Shown: positions 48,055 through 57,794 of the stretch, piece after piece
Layout: every line of letters starts with the position of its first letter
Numbering within the stretch: position 1 is the first letter of the stretch
Origin: an uncultured delta proteobacterium
GTDB taxonomy: Bacteria > Desulfobacterota > Binatia > UBA9968
Assembly: GCA_963745835.1 (NCBI GenBank)
Contig: CAVUZH010000008.1
Span: forward strand, 32,001-96,000
Length of the DNA stretch: 64,000 nucleotides
Reading direction: 5' to 3'
Notes under the pieces: model-generated
What the model saw: the letters and a program-made list of their open reading frames with translations, nothing else
The model's database searches: none
What the model was told of the DNA's origin: nothing
Made by a program: the position numbers and the translations under genes

Positions 48055-48999
48055 TTAGTCCCTCGGTTTAGCGCTTCGCGCACAGTCCACGGAGATGGCT
48101 TTAGATCCGTACCGGCTCGCGTAGACTTGGGTTAACTTGGCACCGAAGAAGAACATAAGTGATGAATAGTAGATCCACAAAAGCAGCGTCACCACTGAAC
48201 CGGCCGCACCATAAATGGATGTGGCCGTGCTGTGACCCAGATAAAACGCGATCAAGAATTTGCCGGCGGAAAATAGCAAGGACGTCATGGCAGCTCCCAT
48301 CCAGACATCCCGCCATTCAATGCGCACGTCAGGCACGAATTTATATATCGCGGCGAACAGCAGTGTGTTGAACGCAAACGAGAAAGCGAGATCTAAAGCG
48401 TATGCCGTAGCAGCGTCGATGGTCAGAAAGCCGCCGAGTATTCCCGAAATCACTGCTAACGCCGCGCTGATTATTAAAGAGACGAGTAACAAGAAGCCGA
48501 CGCTTAACACCATTAAATAAGAAATCAAACGGTCCTGCAAAAACCCTCTGACCCCTCGACCGGTTCTCGGCATGACTCGCCAAATTGTATTAAGCGATTC
48601 TTGCAGCTGTCCTACTACACCTCCCGCCCCCAAAAACAAGAAAATGATGGCTATAACAGAGGCGAAAAAACCTGAGTCGGGCCTTTGACCTGCGCTTTCG
48701 ATTATCGCCTGGATTGCCTGCGCGCCACGAACTCCGATGAAATCCTCAATCACACCGATAATCTGAAGTTGGGAAGCGTCCCGCCCAAACACTAAGCCAG
48801 CGACTGCGATCGCGATCAACAGGAGAGGAGCTATGGAAAATAAGGTGTAATAAGCCAGCGCGGCCGCTAATTGGAGAGGGTTATCGTCGAGCCATTGAAC
48901 AAAGGTATCCTTGATGAGCATCCACAGCGCTTTCAGAGTTATTGCCCTTGTGGAGGACTGCTCTCGGCCGGCGACTCTGTGAGTGGCCCCGTTGCTCAT
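48055..48999 (-). CDS. YihY/virulence factor BrkB family membrane protein
   Basis: LAAALAYYTLFSIAPLL, LNTIW and YGAAGSVV.LLLWIYYS motifs. Confidence 0.92.
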   Translation of the reverse strand: MSNGATHRVAGREQSSTRAITLKALWMLIKDTFVQWLDDNPLQLAAALAYYTLFSIAPLLLIAIAVAGLVFGRDASQLQIIGVIEDFIGVRGAQAIQAIIESAGQRPDSGFFASVIAIIFLFLGAGGVVGQLQESLNTIWRVMPRTGRGVRGFLQDRLISYLMVLSVGFLLLVSLIISAALAVISGILGGFLTIDAATAYALDLAFSFAFNTLLFAAIYKFVPDVRIEWRDVWMGAAMTSLLFSAGKFLIAFYLGHSTATSIYGAAGSVVTLLLWIYYSSLMFFFGAKLTQVYASRYGSKAISVDCARSAKPRD

Positions 49000-49220
49000 G
49001 GCGTAATCCGTAAGTCGGGTCGGCTGCAGAAGCTTTGTGGCGGGATGACTTCAGTTTTTTCTCGATAACGTGACGGCGATTTCATGGACATCTCCAGTGT
49101 GTCCGCCTAGAGCGAACGGCAAGTACAATTACCGCATTTACGTTAGCAGCTCCGGCTATTCTCCATCTTTACGTTTGTACTGTACCGAAGAGGACAATGA
49201 ACTCACGGTCCTATAGGACG

Positions 49221-49709
49221 TCAGGCAAGCGAGAACGCGAATGGATCGCTCCGCATCAGCATTTCTCTAACTTCGCCGCGATGCTGTTTCTGCTGTTCAG
49301 AAATCTGTTGCAGCAATTTGACGACGTCGGGAATATCGGATTCGATACCTCGCAGTTGTTGTGCTAGATGATCGGCGCTGCGATTTTCGTCATCTAGGGC
49401 GATCATCAACTGTTGCCAACTGTTTTCGTCTGTTGAACGACGCTCGGGTACGCTCGGCAGCTTACCTCCAAGTGCAACGATCGCCTCGGCAATCCGGTCT
49501 GCATATTTGGTTTTTTCGCCCGATATCTGGAGGAGTTTTTCTCGAAACTGGGGATAATGCATCTTGTCGGCGTGTTGGTTAAATCGGTCGCGCTGCTGCG
49601 TTTCTTCGACGTAGCGCTGCTGCAAGATGTTGATGGCTTGACGAAAGCTATCCTGAGGCAAATCTAAAAACCGACTCCACCACTCCGACCACTGCTTGGT
49701 CGTGGCCAT
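49221..49709 (-). CDS. Ferritin-like four-helix-bundle protein (degenerate metal ligands)
   Basis: Helical pattern Y.EE...HA...YPQFREKL..I...K.KYA..IAE.IVALGG.P...DE...Q..H; RBS AAGGAG. Confidence 0.7.
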   Translation of the reverse strand: MATTKQWSEWWSRFLDLPQDSFRQAINILQQRYVEETQQRDRFNQHADKMHYPQFREKLLQISGEKTKYADRIAEAIVALGGKLPSVPERRSTDENSWQQLMIALDDENRSADHLAQQLRGIESDIPDVVKLLQQISEQQKQHRGEVREMLMRSDPFAFSLA

Positions 49710-49927
49710 AACGTTCTCCTTTAGCTGACACTACTGCGCCCGTAAATGAAAACTCTGTCTACTACTGAACAATGTTTGAAATATTCAAAACACTCAATGT
49801 CGTTTGGGGCCGTGCTGCTGAGCCGGCGGTTTAAAGCGGGCGCATCATGAATGAGGTCCTTGGAGCTATTGTCACGATCACAAAAATTGGACAAGATGGA
49901 CACAGGCCCTCAAAGGAGAAACTTGCC

Positions 49928-50172
49928 ATGCAATTGTTGCTGATCGTGGCATTAGGGCTAGCCATTTTAACTGTCATCTTGCATTGCAAAATCCGATTCC
50001 TGTTGGTGTCACTTTTCTTATTTGGAGATTTGAAGGCTCCTTGGCCTTGGTGCTGATATCAACATTCGCGTTGGGAGTAATAGTGAGTTTATTGATATCG
50101 ATTCCTGCTATCGTAAAAAGAAGATCGACAATTTCCAAATCAGACGAAGAAAATAACCGAGCTAGAGAATAG
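49928..50172 (+). pseudogene. LapA-like (DUF1049) small membrane protein, frameshifted
   Basis: RBS AAGGAG. MQLLLIVALGLAILTVI continues in another frame as ALQNPIPVGVTFLIWRFEGSLALVL; a second shift is likely near the 3' end. Confidence 0.7.
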
Positions 50173-50604
50173 CTCACGGGAAAGGATCCCACCGTCTTGT
50201 TGAGCCAGCTACGGGAATGGTAGCTTGCTCTGTTCACCTCCTGACACACTGATGAATTAAGGCGGCGATTGACCTTGCGTCAGAAAAGATTCTGAGTTTC
50301 GAAGATAAACCGATCGGCTCCTTAGGACAAACCGGCTCCGTGTAGCTACTTTGAACGATCCTCCATTACCGAGTCTCAAACGGAACCCCGCCGGATAGGT
50401 TTTCTATGGGAAATCTTTTGAACACGGCCGCTGGAATCACGTCTCACGACGCCACAAGATCTACCTCGCTTGCTCTACTTTCTTGCGTCTGCGGCGCAGG
50501 ATTGTATGGTGAACGCCCAAAGCTGCACCTCATGAAGTTCGGCACCCATTGATCGTAAGCTTCCGGGATCGCTCTCTCCCCGCTTTTTGCCAGTTCCGCT
50601 GCAG

Positions 50605-50779
50605 CGGTAATCCAATCTAGCAGTAAGCGGCTTTTGTGTTAGGATGCTCGAGCACGAGGCCGCCTTTCAGTACCGTCAGACTTCGATTTACGAAGATCCG
50701 GCTCCGCTTCAAATCCACGCAGTCCGATCTTAATCCGTTCAGTTCACCCATGGCGGACTCCGCAGAATATTGCGGTTAT
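50605..50779 (-). pseudogene. Tyrosine recombinase (phage integrase) remnant
   Basis: Manual translation ITAIFCGVR/(+1 shift)MGELNGLRSDCVDLKRSRIFVNRSLTVLKGGLVLEHPNTKAAYC* matches the box I pattern G.R.GE..GL...VD and a degenerate PKT. Confidence 0.72.
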
Positions 50780-50894
50780 GTGTTTGACCCGTTCCAGGCT
50801 CAGCGTTAGAGAGATGCAAGCGGTTGTTCCAGGTTTAAGGTTTAACTGTTCAAGAGAAACTAACTGGAGACAACTTAACGTCGAGGTAACAATC

Positions 50895-50930
50895 TCAGGC
50901 TTGAGGTGCAACTCGCCACCTCAAGCCTGA
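50895..50930 (-). terminator. Stem-loop downstream of paralog B
   Basis: TCAGGCTTGAGGTG-N8-CACCTCAAGCCTGA, a perfect 14-bp stem. Confidence 0.65.
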
Positions 50931-50954
50931 TGTGGATCCCTAGAATCCCGGACT

Positions 50955-51518
50955 CTATCTGGCTGCGACTGCTGCTTGGGACATCTGCAGCGCGATGCCG
51001 TTTGGCAGTGAATTATTGCCGATGCTCAAAGCCGTGCCCAGTCTCTCCAGCTCCCAGGATGAGACCTTTTCTTTGGTAACGGCTTCTTGTGCTTTAGTGG
51101 TTTCCGCCAGTTTGTCGGCTTGAGGTAATTTAATCAGATATTTGACGTTGGTGCCGTCGCTCTGTGTCACCGACAGGACCATCTGCTTGCCTTCTTCCGT
51201 TGCCAAGGTTTGCATCCCGGCAATGCGACTCGACAGGCTGGTCTTGTTGACGGTATCGGTATAGAGCCAGATGAAGGCGCCGATAAAGGCGGCCATCACC
51301 AACCAGCTATACTGGCCCACCCTTTTCTGCCTGGTGACCGATCGGGTTCTCTGGAGATTGAAGAACTTCCGGTAGGTCTCCTTATCCGCCGCCAGTTTTT
51401 TCGTAGGATCTTGTTCTTGTGAACTCGGTGGTTGATCGTAAGCAAGGCCGGTGCTGTTCAAAATCATGCCTATAATCACCAACGCTAACGGGACGGCGAT
51501 AATATATAAAGGATTCAT
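50955..51518 (-). CDS. Hypothetical two-TM membrane protein, paralog B
   Basis: RBS AAGGAGAG; full-length similarity to 46118-46657. Confidence 0.8.
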   Translation of the reverse strand: MNPLYIIAVPLALVIIGMILNSTGLAYDQPPSSQEQDPTKKLAADKETYRKFFNLQRTRSVTRQKRVGQYSWLVMAAFIGAFIWLYTDTVNKTSLSSRIAGMQTLATEEGKQMVLSVTQSDGTNVKYLIKLPQADKLAETTKAQEAVTKEKVSSWELERLGTALSIGNNSLPNGIALQMSQAAVAAR

Positions 51519-51982
51519 AAACTCTCTCCTTGAAGGGCTCCTGATAGCCTTCGGATATTGGAAGAGGGAGTGGGAACCGCGGAATACGTTCGCTAGTCAA
51601 ACCGGAGCGGAAGCCCATGCCACTGCTCAGAGCGTGGCCCAGTCTTCTTTACCTCTTGCGCGCCATTACAGCTTTCGAAGATCCATTACACAGCTGCGTG
51701 TCTAGTTAACGGTAACCATCGTCTGGCTGAGAAGCAATTGCGTCTTGTCTAATAGTGAACAAGGTGAAAAGAATAATTTGCAACAGGGGAATCATGCCCG
51801 ATTGGCCGCGCAGTTATTCCACCGTGCAACCTTCGATGTTTCGAAAGAAACGCGTTCAGCCGCTTATCTATCTTTATATATCGCTTTTAGAGAACCTGGA
51901 CCCACAGCTCCGGCGTAACCAATCGTGGCAACGCCTCTTTTCGACCTATACATCATTTTGCTTGGCGTTGAGGGGGCCTTTT

Positions 51983-52255
51983 CTATATCACGACTTTTTC
52001 TCTGGGAGTCGGGTCTGTGTACTCCCAAACTTCTTCTGCTCCATTGCGGGAGAAGCTCTTTGATACGTTTGAGAGCGGCGTCGGTGAGATGCGGGGAGCA
52101 GAAAACGCAGGGACCTTCCCTCTGTAAAGTCTGATCGAACGATCCACCTTTTGAAGTAACCGAAGCAGCAATTTAGTAAGAAAATACCCGATGATCGCTG
52201 ATGTTGCGATCATGGCTGCTGCTGCAATAAGGAAGTGACCTAGCACAACCATCAT
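51983..52255 (-). CDS. Hypothetical small single-TM protein
   Basis: GGAGA RBS and an N-terminal hydrophobic helix; no recognisable motif. Confidence 0.4.
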   Translation of the reverse strand: MMVVLGHFLIAAAAMIATSAIIGYFLTKLLLRLLQKVDRSIRLYRGKVPAFSAPRISPTPLSNVSKSFSRNGAEEVWEYTDPTPREKVVI

Positions 52256-52881
52256 AATGTTTTCTCCGCCGCAAACGCGTCCGCCCGCCGGTATGGTATC
52301 TGGCCATACCGCAACTCCAACGCCTTACTGTGTATGTCGTTACTAAGCCGCCGTTGCATTCCGTCTCGGCTGCGACGGATTGGAAGTGGTCGAAAGTATT
52401 CTCCAAGGCTTCCTAATCTCGTGTTCCTAAAGGCCCCAGGTAGTGCTCGCGGCTAGAACAGAGAAACTATGATCCGCCCGTCGGAGCAGCGACCGAAGCG
52501 ATTAGCGGCTAGCAAAAGGGTCAATCCGTTAGGGCTCTATCACGGGTCGATTTGCTACCTTGCACATCCCTGCAGAGGGATTGCTGTCCAATACTGAACA
52601 AAAGAATCAATCTTGAGAATCTCCCAGTAGAAGCAAACCACTCAAGGCAGGATTGCGGGTTCAAATCAGCTTGTGGTGCCGTTGCGCACCACAAGCCGAT
52701 GGTATGTGATATCAGAGGGATATCGGTCGGCAAACAGCCAGGAGAGCATCAGTCTCCATTGAGGCGCTTGTCAATCTTGCCCTGAAGACAATCTGCGCTC
52801 TGGCAGGAAATCGAGATAGCGACGAACTCTCCTCGAGATACACCTCATCATCGTCAAGGTAATTCCACCTCGCAGAACTCC

Positions 52882-53112
52882 TCAAGTTTTTTGGTTCTTG
52901 TCGATCCACTCCTGTGCTTTTTGCACCGCGAAACAGTCGGCCTCGTTTTTAGTGGGCAATGTATGAGTGAATTGATACTGATGCGACGGGAAATCATTTG
53001 ATTCAGTTACCTGCCGGGTGATTGTGTATTGCGGAACCCAGCTGCCGTGCTTCTCGCGCTGAAATGATTCACAATCGATGAAATAATTTTTGTATCGAAG
53101 ATTATTGTTCAC
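52882..53112 (-). CDS. Small protein of the 'YK...WID' family, member 4
   Basis: Near-identical to 46887-47117; GAGGT before GTG. Confidence 0.75.
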   Translation of the reverse strand: MNNNLRYKNYFIDCESFQREKHGSWVPQYTITRQVTESNDFPSHQYQFTHTLPTKNEADCFAVQKAQEWIDKNQKT

Positions 53113-53247
53113 GGTGACCTCGATCGAGACGCTCGCAATCACGCCCGCCGCGTTTAAAAAAGATTTCTAGCGCTCGACAATTTTTGATTGATGCTTCTCA
53201 AGCCACTCCAGCATCGCGCGCAAACTACCTGTCGCCAGCCCGATGCT
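52882..53247. repeat. Direct duplication of about 366 bp, copy 2
   Basis: See 46887-47252. Confidence 0.9.
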
Positions 53248-54126
53248 GGTATCCGCAGCGCCGTAATATATCCGAACAGTATCGCCGTCAGGCGCTAACG
53301 TGTACCCGCATGGAAATACCACGTTGTCGACGTCGCCGCGCTGCTCGTAGGTTTCTTGCGGGCCGAAAATCCATTCGTCGCCGCGTTTCAAGCAATGTTC
53401 CGGGGCGTACAAATCAAATAGAGCAAGCCCCAGTCGGTAGATGGAGCCCGCCGCGGTATGGCGTACGCCATGGTAAATCACCAGCCATCCTTGAGGGGTT
53501 TCGATCGGTGGCGGTGAGAGACCGATTTTATTGGCATCCCACCATGCTCCGCGACGTGCCTCCAACATCAACTTGTGATTGCCCCAGTGGCGCAGGTCCG
53601 GCGAATAAGACAACCACATGTGCGCTCGTGGAGCACTGACCGGGCGGTGGATCAAGGCCCACTGCCCTTCGATCCGGTAGGGAAGCAAAGCCGCATCCTT
53701 GTCTTCCGGAGGCATGATGACGCCGTAGCGCTCGAATTTATGAAAATCTTCTGTGAGCGCAAGTGAAACTCCCGGCCCATCGCGTGTGAAAGCGGTATAA
53801 ACGACAGCATATTTGCTCAACTCAGGGACATAGGTAATGCGTGGATCTTCGATGCCCCATAGCTCTTCGGGGAACTGTTCAGGGTCGGCTCGGAAAGTAG
53901 GCCGTGATTCGATCTGCCAATTGTCCACGCCGTTGGTAGAACGAGCGACAGTCAGATGAGAATGGCCGCGCCTGTCTTCGACGCGACACAACAGCAGAGT
54001 CGTGCCATCCGGGAGCAACGTCGCGCCCGGATTAAAAACGCTGTTGATTGGATAGGGCCAATTGGTAGCGCTCAATATAGGATTGGTTTTCTCACGGCGA
54101 AAAAGTTCCTGATGTTGGTTGGTCAT
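53167..54126 (-). CDS. Glycoside hydrolase family 130 protein (mannoside phosphorylase/hydrolase)
   Basis: NPIL, VFNPGA, GIEDPRIT, KDAAL, HRP, GWLVIYHG, NVVFPCG and YYGAAD motifs. Confidence 0.92.
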   Translation of the reverse strand: MTNQHQELFRREKTNPILSATNWPYPINSVFNPGATLLPDGTTLLLCRVEDRRGHSHLTVARSTNGVDNWQIESRPTFRADPEQFPEELWGIEDPRITYVPELSKYAVVYTAFTRDGPGVSLALTEDFHKFERYGVIMPPEDKDAALLPYRIEGQWALIHRPVSAPRAHMWLSYSPDLRHWGNHKLMLEARRGAWWDANKIGLSPPPIETPQGWLVIYHGVRHTAAGSIYRLGLALFDLYAPEHCLKRGDEWIFGPQETYEQRGDVDNVVFPCGYTLAPDGDTVRIYYGAADTSIGLATGSLRAMLEWLEKHQSKIVER

Positions 54127-56411
54127 CGAGCTCCTGTTTCAACGGATAGTAAGGTCGTCTCAGCCAAGCGCAGTTCGAGCACCGCCTGGAGAAAGGCGAG
54201 CGAGGATTCAGCGCCTTGATTTTCGTTCGGGCGATCCGGATGCAAGCCGTCGCGGCATCCGCCGGTTGTCGGATCGTAAATCGGCAGATTCAAATCGTTG
54301 CGCCCGAGAAACCAGTCGAAGGCGCGCCGCGCTTCTTTGTGCCAATTCTTATCTCCCGTCACCCGATGTGCTGCGAGGCAGGCCGATACCATGGCTTGCG
54401 CCTCCACCGGCTGCTGATCGAAGCGCGCACGCTCGCCTCCGCGGCGATAAAATCCATTCGAACCGATAGGCACGAAATGACCTCCACTGGTGTCGGCGCG
54501 CTGCAAATTGGCCAACCATTTGAGCGAGTCCAGAGCGGCGTCGGTCATGGAATTGTTCGGCATTCCGTGTCCGCACAAAAGTAATGCATGCGGCAGCGCG
54601 GCATTGCAGTAGGTCAGCGACTCCTCATACCAGTGCCACTCCTCCGCGCGATTTTTTTGATACAACCTGAGCAGCCGCCCGGCCAATTCCTCACGCGTTT
54701 GGGTGACTCTGCGGTCACCGGCAAAGCGGTGCAGATATTCATCGATGCCGATCAGCGCGAACGCCCATGCCCGTGGGCTAGTAGTCTTCAGAATGGCGGG
54801 TAGCGCTTTTTCGAAGACCCAGCCGGCCATACTCTGGAGAGCAGGCGTATTGGAGCGGCCCAGCACGGTACCTAGCGCCCATAAGGTTCGGCCGTGGCTG
54901 TCGTCGGAACCATTTTTTTCCAACCAGTTGCGCTGATAGCTCATAAAGTTGCGAAAGCGCCGGGTTTCGGTATTGAAGGCATACCAGACAAAGGCGAAAT
55001 AACGTGAGGTTAAGTCCGCCGTTTCTTCAGTGCCAAGTTCTTCTAACAGCGTGCTCACCATCAAAGCGCGAGCGTTATCGTCGATCGTGTAGCCTTCGCA
55101 ATAGTTGGGCACGGTAAATATAGCATGCTGCAACATGCCGGTGTCGTCGGTCATACGGCGTAAGTGATCAAGTTTCAGGGGCGGCAGCTCGGCCGGACTT
55201 TTATCCAACGCTTTGACCACGAAGCCGGGAGGACTGAAGTGGCGCCGTTCTACTTTAGCCCGTTGAAAACTATTCATGTATTGACGCGCGACTTGCGGCC
55301 AGATCATCTCGCGGCCGTACAGATAGGCGCGCTTGCGCATGCCGTTGCGCTTCGCCTCGTTGTCCAATAATTCAATCACCTGCTCGGCCAACGCCGTCGA
55401 ATCTCGAAACGGTACCAGCGCGCCGCGCTCTTCGGCCAGCATCTCTTCGGCATGCCAGTACGGGGTCGAAATAACGGCCTTGCCAGCACCCACGGTATAA
55501 GCGAGCGTACCGGAGACGATCTGGGCGGGATTGAGATAAGGGGTGATGTAAATATCCGTGACGCCGATAAACTCAACGAGCTCCTCTAAACTGACAAACC
55601 GGTTGTAGAAGATCACCTGACCTTCTACGCCTTTCTCTTGGGCCAGCCACTGCAGTGACAAACGATAGGCTTCGCCGTCGTGCCTCAAAACGTGGGGATG
55701 AGTGGCCCCGACGATAAAATACACCACGTTCGGATGTTTGGCCAAAATAGCGGGCAGAGCGGCAATGACATTCTCGATTCCCTTGTTCGCCGACAGCAAA
55801 CCAAAACTGAGCAAAACCGTTTTGCCTTCGACGCCGAAAAGGTCTTTGTGAAAACTAGGATCGACAAAAGGGATGTCCGGAATACCGTGCGGAATTATAT
55901 CGATCTTGTCCGGCAATACATGGTAAATTTCTTCGAGGAATTCCGCTCCTCGCTTAGTCATGACGACCAACCGATCCGACAATGCGGCAACTTCTTCCAG
56001 AACCCGGCGTTGATGTTGGTCCGGTTCGCGCAATATTGTGTGCAGGGTCGTCACAATGGGCATGCGCAGCTCACGCAGCAGCGCCAGGATGTGGGACCCT
56101 GTCCGTCCACCGAAGATGCCGTACTCAAATTGCAGAGATACCAGATCCACGCTGTTGATGTTCAAGAAGTCGGCGCCACGCCGATACGACTCGATATCTT
56201 TCTCCACCAGCTCGAAGCGAACACGTGAAGGATAGGCATAGCCGCCTTCGATATCGTTAACCGGCACGGCAATGCAGGTCGTGTCACTGTGTTCGGCGGC
56301 GATAGCTTCGCACAAGTCCGTCGTGAACGTGGCGATGCCGCATTGGCGCGGCAGGTAATTGCCAATGAATGCGATGCGTTTGATGGGGGAAGGGCTTGAG
56401 TTCTGTTCCAT
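54123..56411 (-). CDS. GT4 glycosyltransferase fused to a C-terminal (alpha/alpha)-barrel GH-like domain
   Basis: PRQCGIATF, EYGIFGG, IPHG, FGLLS.NKG and SGTLAY motifs, followed by TDDTGMLQHA, YTIDDNARAL, FDQQPVE and NQGAES. Confidence 0.92.
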   Translation of the reverse strand: MEQNSSPSPIKRIAFIGNYLPRQCGIATFTTDLCEAIAAEHSDTTCIAVPVNDIEGGYAYPSRVRFELVEKDIESYRRGADFLNINSVDLVSLQFEYGIFGGRTGSHILALLRELRMPIVTTLHTILREPDQHQRRVLEEVAALSDRLVVMTKRGAEFLEEIYHVLPDKIDIIPHGIPDIPFVDPSFHKDLFGVEGKTVLLSFGLLSANKGIENVIAALPAILAKHPNVVYFIVGATHPHVLRHDGEAYRLSLQWLAQEKGVEGQVIFYNRFVSLEELVEFIGVTDIYITPYLNPAQIVSGTLAYTVGAGKAVISTPYWHAEEMLAEERGALVPFRDSTALAEQVIELLDNEAKRNGMRKRAYLYGREMIWPQVARQYMNSFQRAKVERRHFSPPGFVVKALDKSPAELPPLKLDHLRRMTDDTGMLQHAIFTVPNYCEGYTIDDNARALMVSTLLEELGTEETADLTSRYFAFVWYAFNTETRRFRNFMSYQRNWLEKNGSDDSHGRTLWALGTVLGRSNTPALQSMAGWVFEKALPAILKTTSPRAWAFALIGIDEYLHRFAGDRRVTQTREELAGRLLRLYQKNRAEEWHWYEESLTYCNAALPHALLLCGHGMPNNSMTDAALDSLKWLANLQRADTSGGHFVPIGSNGFYRRGGERARFDQQPVEAQAMVSACLAAHRVTGDKNWHKEARRAFDWFLGRNDLNLPIYDPTTGGCRDGLHPDRPNENQGAESSLAFLQAVLELRLAETTLLSVETGAR

Positions 56412-56465
56412 AACGAAATCTTCTTCTTGGCAGCCGCGACGTTTTTATTTTCCGATGAAAAACGT

Positions 56466-56497
56466 AAAGAGGCGGTTACCCTAGGGGCCGCCTCTTT
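56466..56497 (-). terminator. Terminator-like hairpin in the leader upstream of the GT4 gene
   Basis: AAAGAGGCGG-N12-CCGCCTCTTT followed on the minus strand by ACGTTTTT. Confidence 0.55.
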
Positions 56498-56839
56498 GAA
56501 ACTCGGCCGAATTGGACCGAGCGAATTCAATTTTGGACTTTGGCTTGCCAGTAGTTACATCGCTGCTGACTATAACAGACCCCGACGATAAAGATACCCC
56601 TGAAGTCAACACGTATCGAATGCTATACCGTAAAGATTGATACTTCGCGCGGATTGACCTCTCACCACCGCCGACCCGCTTGGCTGAAACCGTTCACTTT
56701 TGAGGTGAGGGCTCGTGGCTCAGCGCCCAAAGAAGAGTCGGCGTGACGGATCTAAATTCTTCCACATGTGAAGCAATCGGTTCAGCATCGATCTGAATCA
56801 ACGCTGGATGAGGACGCGAGATAGCCGAAAGGGCTTTAC

Positions 56840-56877
56840 AAAAAAATAGGGGGCACCCGACCGTTGCCCCCTATTTT
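56840..56877 (-). terminator. Rho-independent terminator of the RRM gene
   Basis: AAAATAGGGGGCA-N9-TGCCCCCTATTTT with a T-tract on the minus strand. Confidence 0.85.
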
Positions 56878-56900
56878 GATCCCCTTAGAGGACTGAGAAA

Positions 56901-57212
56901 TTACCAGCGGTTACGCCCGCCATCGCGGTTACCGCGGCCTTCGCCGCCCCCGCCATCGCGCCTGGCCTGCGGCTTGGCTTCATTAACAGTCAGAGTGCGG
57001 CCATCCAATTGTGTACCATTAATTGCGGAAATTGCTCTTTGCGCCTCGCCAGACGAGCTCATCTCGACAAAACCGAAACCTCGTGATTGCCCGGTAAATT
57101 TATCCGAGATGACATTCGCGGATTCCACCGTACCGTGCGCCGAAAAAAGTTCTTGTAAGCGTCCTTCGGTTACGGAATAAGGCAATCCGCCGACATATAA
57201 TTTACTACCCAT
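56901..57212 (-). CDS. RRM (RNP-1) RNA-binding protein with glycine-rich tail
   Basis: KLYVGGL (RNP2), RGFGFVEM (RNP1) and TVNEAKP. Confidence 0.96.
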   Translation of the reverse strand: MGSKLYVGGLPYSVTEGRLQELFSAHGTVESANVISDKFTGQSRGFGFVEMSSSGEAQRAISAINGTQLDGRTLTVNEAKPQARRDGGGGEGRGNRDGGRNRW

Positions 57213-57412
57213 GTTCTCCTCCTATGAGAGAGTGTTATTGTCTTTGACCCTGAGAACCGCACTGCAAATGGGCAGAACATGGGTAAACTGGGATTCTACC
57301 ACGCTCCGGTCGGATTCTCATTCATAGATTGCTTCGCAAGGAGAGAGACTGATCAGAGGCCTTCGCGCCTTTTATTTTCCTCAGAAGGCCTTTTACTGAA
57401 GAAGATAACTTC

Positions 57413-57441
57413 AACCTATGTATAAACCGCAATGATGTCAA
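57413..57441 (-). promoter_or_regulatory. Sigma70-like promoter of the RRM gene
   Basis: Minus strand TTGACA-17 nt-TAGGTT, implying a 5' UTR of about 190 nt. Confidence 0.6.
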
Positions 57442-57535
57442 CTAAGTTCCAAACGGCTATTGCAGCGGCGACACACGTTCTGCAGAGGCGCAGACGTGCC
57501 GGAGAACTGGTTAGTTGCCGAGGACAGCGGTCTTC

Positions 57536-57724
57536 TCAAACGGCAGGAGAAGAGTGCAGGCTTGCCCTGGAGGTCATTCGGTCGCCGGTCATGGGATCGT
57601 CCTCCAAGGGCGGCCCGCCTTTTACCTTTTCCGTTTTCCGTTGTATCCGGCGCGCAGCCTTGTCCTTTTTCTTTTGTGAGCGCGCCAACTCTTTCTGACG
57701 CTTCTGATATGTTTGATTTCCCAT
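57536..57724 (-). CDS. Small basic protein MGNQTYQKRQKELAR...
   Basis: Lys/Arg-rich N-terminal helix; an extended -10 (TGcTATGGT) lies 6 nt before the ATG. Confidence 0.65.
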   Translation of the reverse strand: MGNQTYQKRQKELARSQKKKDKAARRIQRKTEKVKGGPPLEDDPMTGDRMTSRASLHSSPAV

Positions 57725-57794
57725 AGCCGCACCATAGCAGATACCGGCGTGGATGGAAATCGTTAGCAATAAAGGCCTATTGCGGTACACAGCT

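Noticed and set aside
56600-56835. Possible structured ncRNA (CGCCGAC/GTCGGCG and CTCACC/GGTGAG pairings)
   Set aside because: The pairings are short and partly competing, with no promoter/terminator frame or known family signature.
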